This document shows positions 61,947 through 64,000 of a stretch of DNA of 64,000 nucleotides, in pieces. This stretch comes from Lama guanicoe. Taxonomy: Eukaryota. Every line of letters starts with the position of its first letter. The stretch's first letter is position 1. The translations under genes and the position numbers were made by a program. Under the pieces are notes generated by a model that searched no databases, was not told the DNA's origin, and was given only the letters and a program-made list of their open reading frames with translations. The stretch spans positions 15,430,373 through 15,494,372 of the forward strand of contig MU053881.1 of the NCBI GenBank assembly GCA_013239625.1, written 5' to 3'.

Positions 61947-62081
61947 AGCTGCTGGTTAAACCCACAGAGACTCAGGTCACCCTCCAAGGCCTGCGGGCTG
62001 GCACAGCCTACACGGTGCAGGTTCGAGCAGACACAGTGAGGTGGCAGGGCGTCTGGAGCCAGCCACAGCGCTTCAGCATCG
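61947..62081 (+). CDS. IL12RB1: IL12RB1 exon 13
   Basis: [45 protein letters not shown]. Confidence 0.93.
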
Positions 62082-62955
62082 GTGAGTGTATTTACCCAGC
62101 ATGCACTTCCCCATCCCAAGTGTCTGCAAGCAGTCCCGCCTGGCCCTCCATCCCTCAGGGCCTCCCCATGCATCCCCCTCAGGAGAAAGCCCCAGCCTGA
62201 CCTGCTCCTGCCCCTCGGCTGCAGCTTCCCCTCATGAACCTTCTCTCACACTCCCACGGCCTTGCCCTTGCAGTCTTCTCTACCTGGAATGTTTGGTCCC
62301 CTTGTCAAACTCTTACTGATCCTTCAAAACTCACCTCAAAAGCTCTCTCCTCCAGGAGGCCTTCCAGGCTTCCCCCTGGGCAGCCTCTCCCTGCCCCAAC
62401 TGTGACTGGCCCTCCTACCTGGCCTGACACTTCGGGATTAGGTGGAAGTTTCTGTCTGGGCTCTGCCTCCCCCAGCCATGGGGATCCTGGGGAGAGGGAG
62501 GGAGCAGGGGGTGCTATTTATTGAGCAAATGAATGAGTGAATTTCTCTCATTACAAAGGTAAGGAGGTGGGCTCTGTTGTCTTGGGGTGTGTGGCAGTGA
62601 GAGATTTGGAGACCAAATGATCCCTGTTCCTGGCACAGTCCCTGCCTGTTGTCCTGCAGTGAAATCTGGTCCCAGGAGAACCAGTGAGTCAGACTTAGCA
62701 TGCGTTGGGCTGGTCTGGGTCCAGGGGAGCAACCACCTGGGCCCAGCGTTCAGGTGCTTGGGGCTACAGTGTCCTGAGAACTTGCTGTGTGCCAGGGCTT
62801 TACCTGGAAGTCACAGGGCTGGTGGGGCCCCTGGCCTCCCACTTCACAAAGAAAGAAACTGAGGCACAGAGGGACCTGTGGTGCGGTCAGCAGTGAGTTG
62901 ATGGAGGGCTCACCCCTCTCAGCTCCCTCCTCAGCTCAAGCTCTTCTGCCCCCAG

Positions 62956-63061
62956 AAGTCCAGGTTTCTGAGTTTCCTGACTTGTCCATCCTCCTTGCAT
63001 CTTTGGGGAGCTTCGTGAGCATCCTTCTTCTGGGAGTCTTTGGGTACCTCGGCTTGAACAG
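62956..63061 (+). CDS. IL12RB1: IL12RB1 exon 14 (transmembrane)
   Basis: EVQVSEFPDLSILLASLGSFVSILLLGVFGYLGLNR. Confidence 0.93.
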
Positions 63062-63368
63062 GTAACTTGCACCCTCTCTCCCGAGATGCTCCGTCATAGT
63101 GAAAGTAAAAATAGTGACAACTGCTCACACCAAGTAGGTTTTTATGTCTACTTTAGAGGTGAGGAAACTGAGGGCCAGATACTTAGGCCCAGGGCATCCA
63201 GCAGTAGGAACAGAGCTGGGATTTGAACCCAGGTCTGTAAGACTCCCAAATTCCTGTCCCCTAATCCACATCCTCATCCCCCTTATAACCTAATGGAGAT
63301 GGAAAAAAAAGTCAGAACAATTAAAAAATAACACACAGAAGCATTGACCGGTTCTCTTCCCTCCTCAG

Positions 63369-63450
63369 GGTGATAAGGCACCTGTGCCCACCCCTGCCCA
63401 CACCTTGTGCCAGCACTGCTGTTGAGTTCTCTGGCAGCCAGGGGAAGCAG
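63369..63450 (+). CDS. IL12RB1: IL12RB1 exon 15 (Box1)
   Basis: [32 protein letters not shown] donor. Confidence 0.92.
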
Positions 63451-63519
63451 GTAAGGGCTCCTTTTCTATTCCAGGTCCTGTTTATTGGATCCTGGACCAG
63501 GGCTCTAAAAAGTAATGGC

Positions 63520-64000
63520 CATGCATTTACTCATTTTATTCTGATGCACCAATATCCCATTGGTGCAAGGACTCCAAAAACTTGTTCTATTTTATAGACA
63601 GACAAACAGAAATCCAAAGGGGAACCTCCTGTGGGTCATTTCCTAGTAGCCAAAACAGAACTCAAAGTGACCTCCACAAAAGAACCTGACTGGGGGGAAA
63701 AAAAGAATCCCGCAGTGGTGGACTTCAGGCATGGCTGAATCCAGGAACTAGAACTCCATTTCTCTGTGATGCTATCCTCCCTGCAGGCTTCTCTCCCAGG
63801 CAGGCTCAGCTTTCTACCCATGGAAGCAGGGTATCCATTTTTTCCATTAACTGGAGCAAAATTCTCAGGGCCATCACTGATTGGCCCAGCTTGGGTCACA
63901 TGCCCATCCCTGAGTCTATCACTAGAACCAGGGGGCTGGAGTGCTCTGATTGGCTGAGCCAGGATCAATTGCCCATTGCTAGAGCCGGTGTTGGGCTGCT
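63520..64000. mobile_element. Old MaLR LTR (MLT1-like)
   Basis: gacttcaggcatggctgaatccagg...ctgattggcccagcttgggtcacatgccc. Confidence 0.6.

Larger units (their letters stand above)
47462..63450 (+). other. IL12RB1: IL12RB1 gene span, exons 1-15 (3' exons lie beyond the window)
   Basis: Phase-consistent exons encoding signal peptide, FN3 domains with WSxWS, TM helix and Box1. Confidence 0.96.

Overview
Mammalian genomic DNA, very probably from a camelid because it carries many copies of a tRNA-Ala-like SINE matching the Vic-1 family. The gene order matches my recollection of human 19p13.11, read in reverse. The minus strand holds the 5' end of PIK3R2 (non-coding exon 1 and the SH3-coding exon 2) and the complete MAST3 kinase gene (27 canonical coding exons, 3918 nt, 1305 aa by my splice reconstruction). 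IL12RB1 lies head-to-head with MAST3 on the plus strand; exons 1-15 are present and the gene runs off the window end. Beyond the standard gene models, the sequence shows two extra coding first exons, a 90-nt cassette exon and a 21-nt microexon in MAST3. It also shows a rigid (TT)CCGGAA-N4-CCGA motif array at the PIK3R2 promoter, three uORFs in the PIK3R2 leader, and a possible intronic-polyadenylation route to a soluble IL12RB1. Further features are inverted SINE pairs and several old local duplications. I see no prokaryotic, CRISPR or foreign insert.
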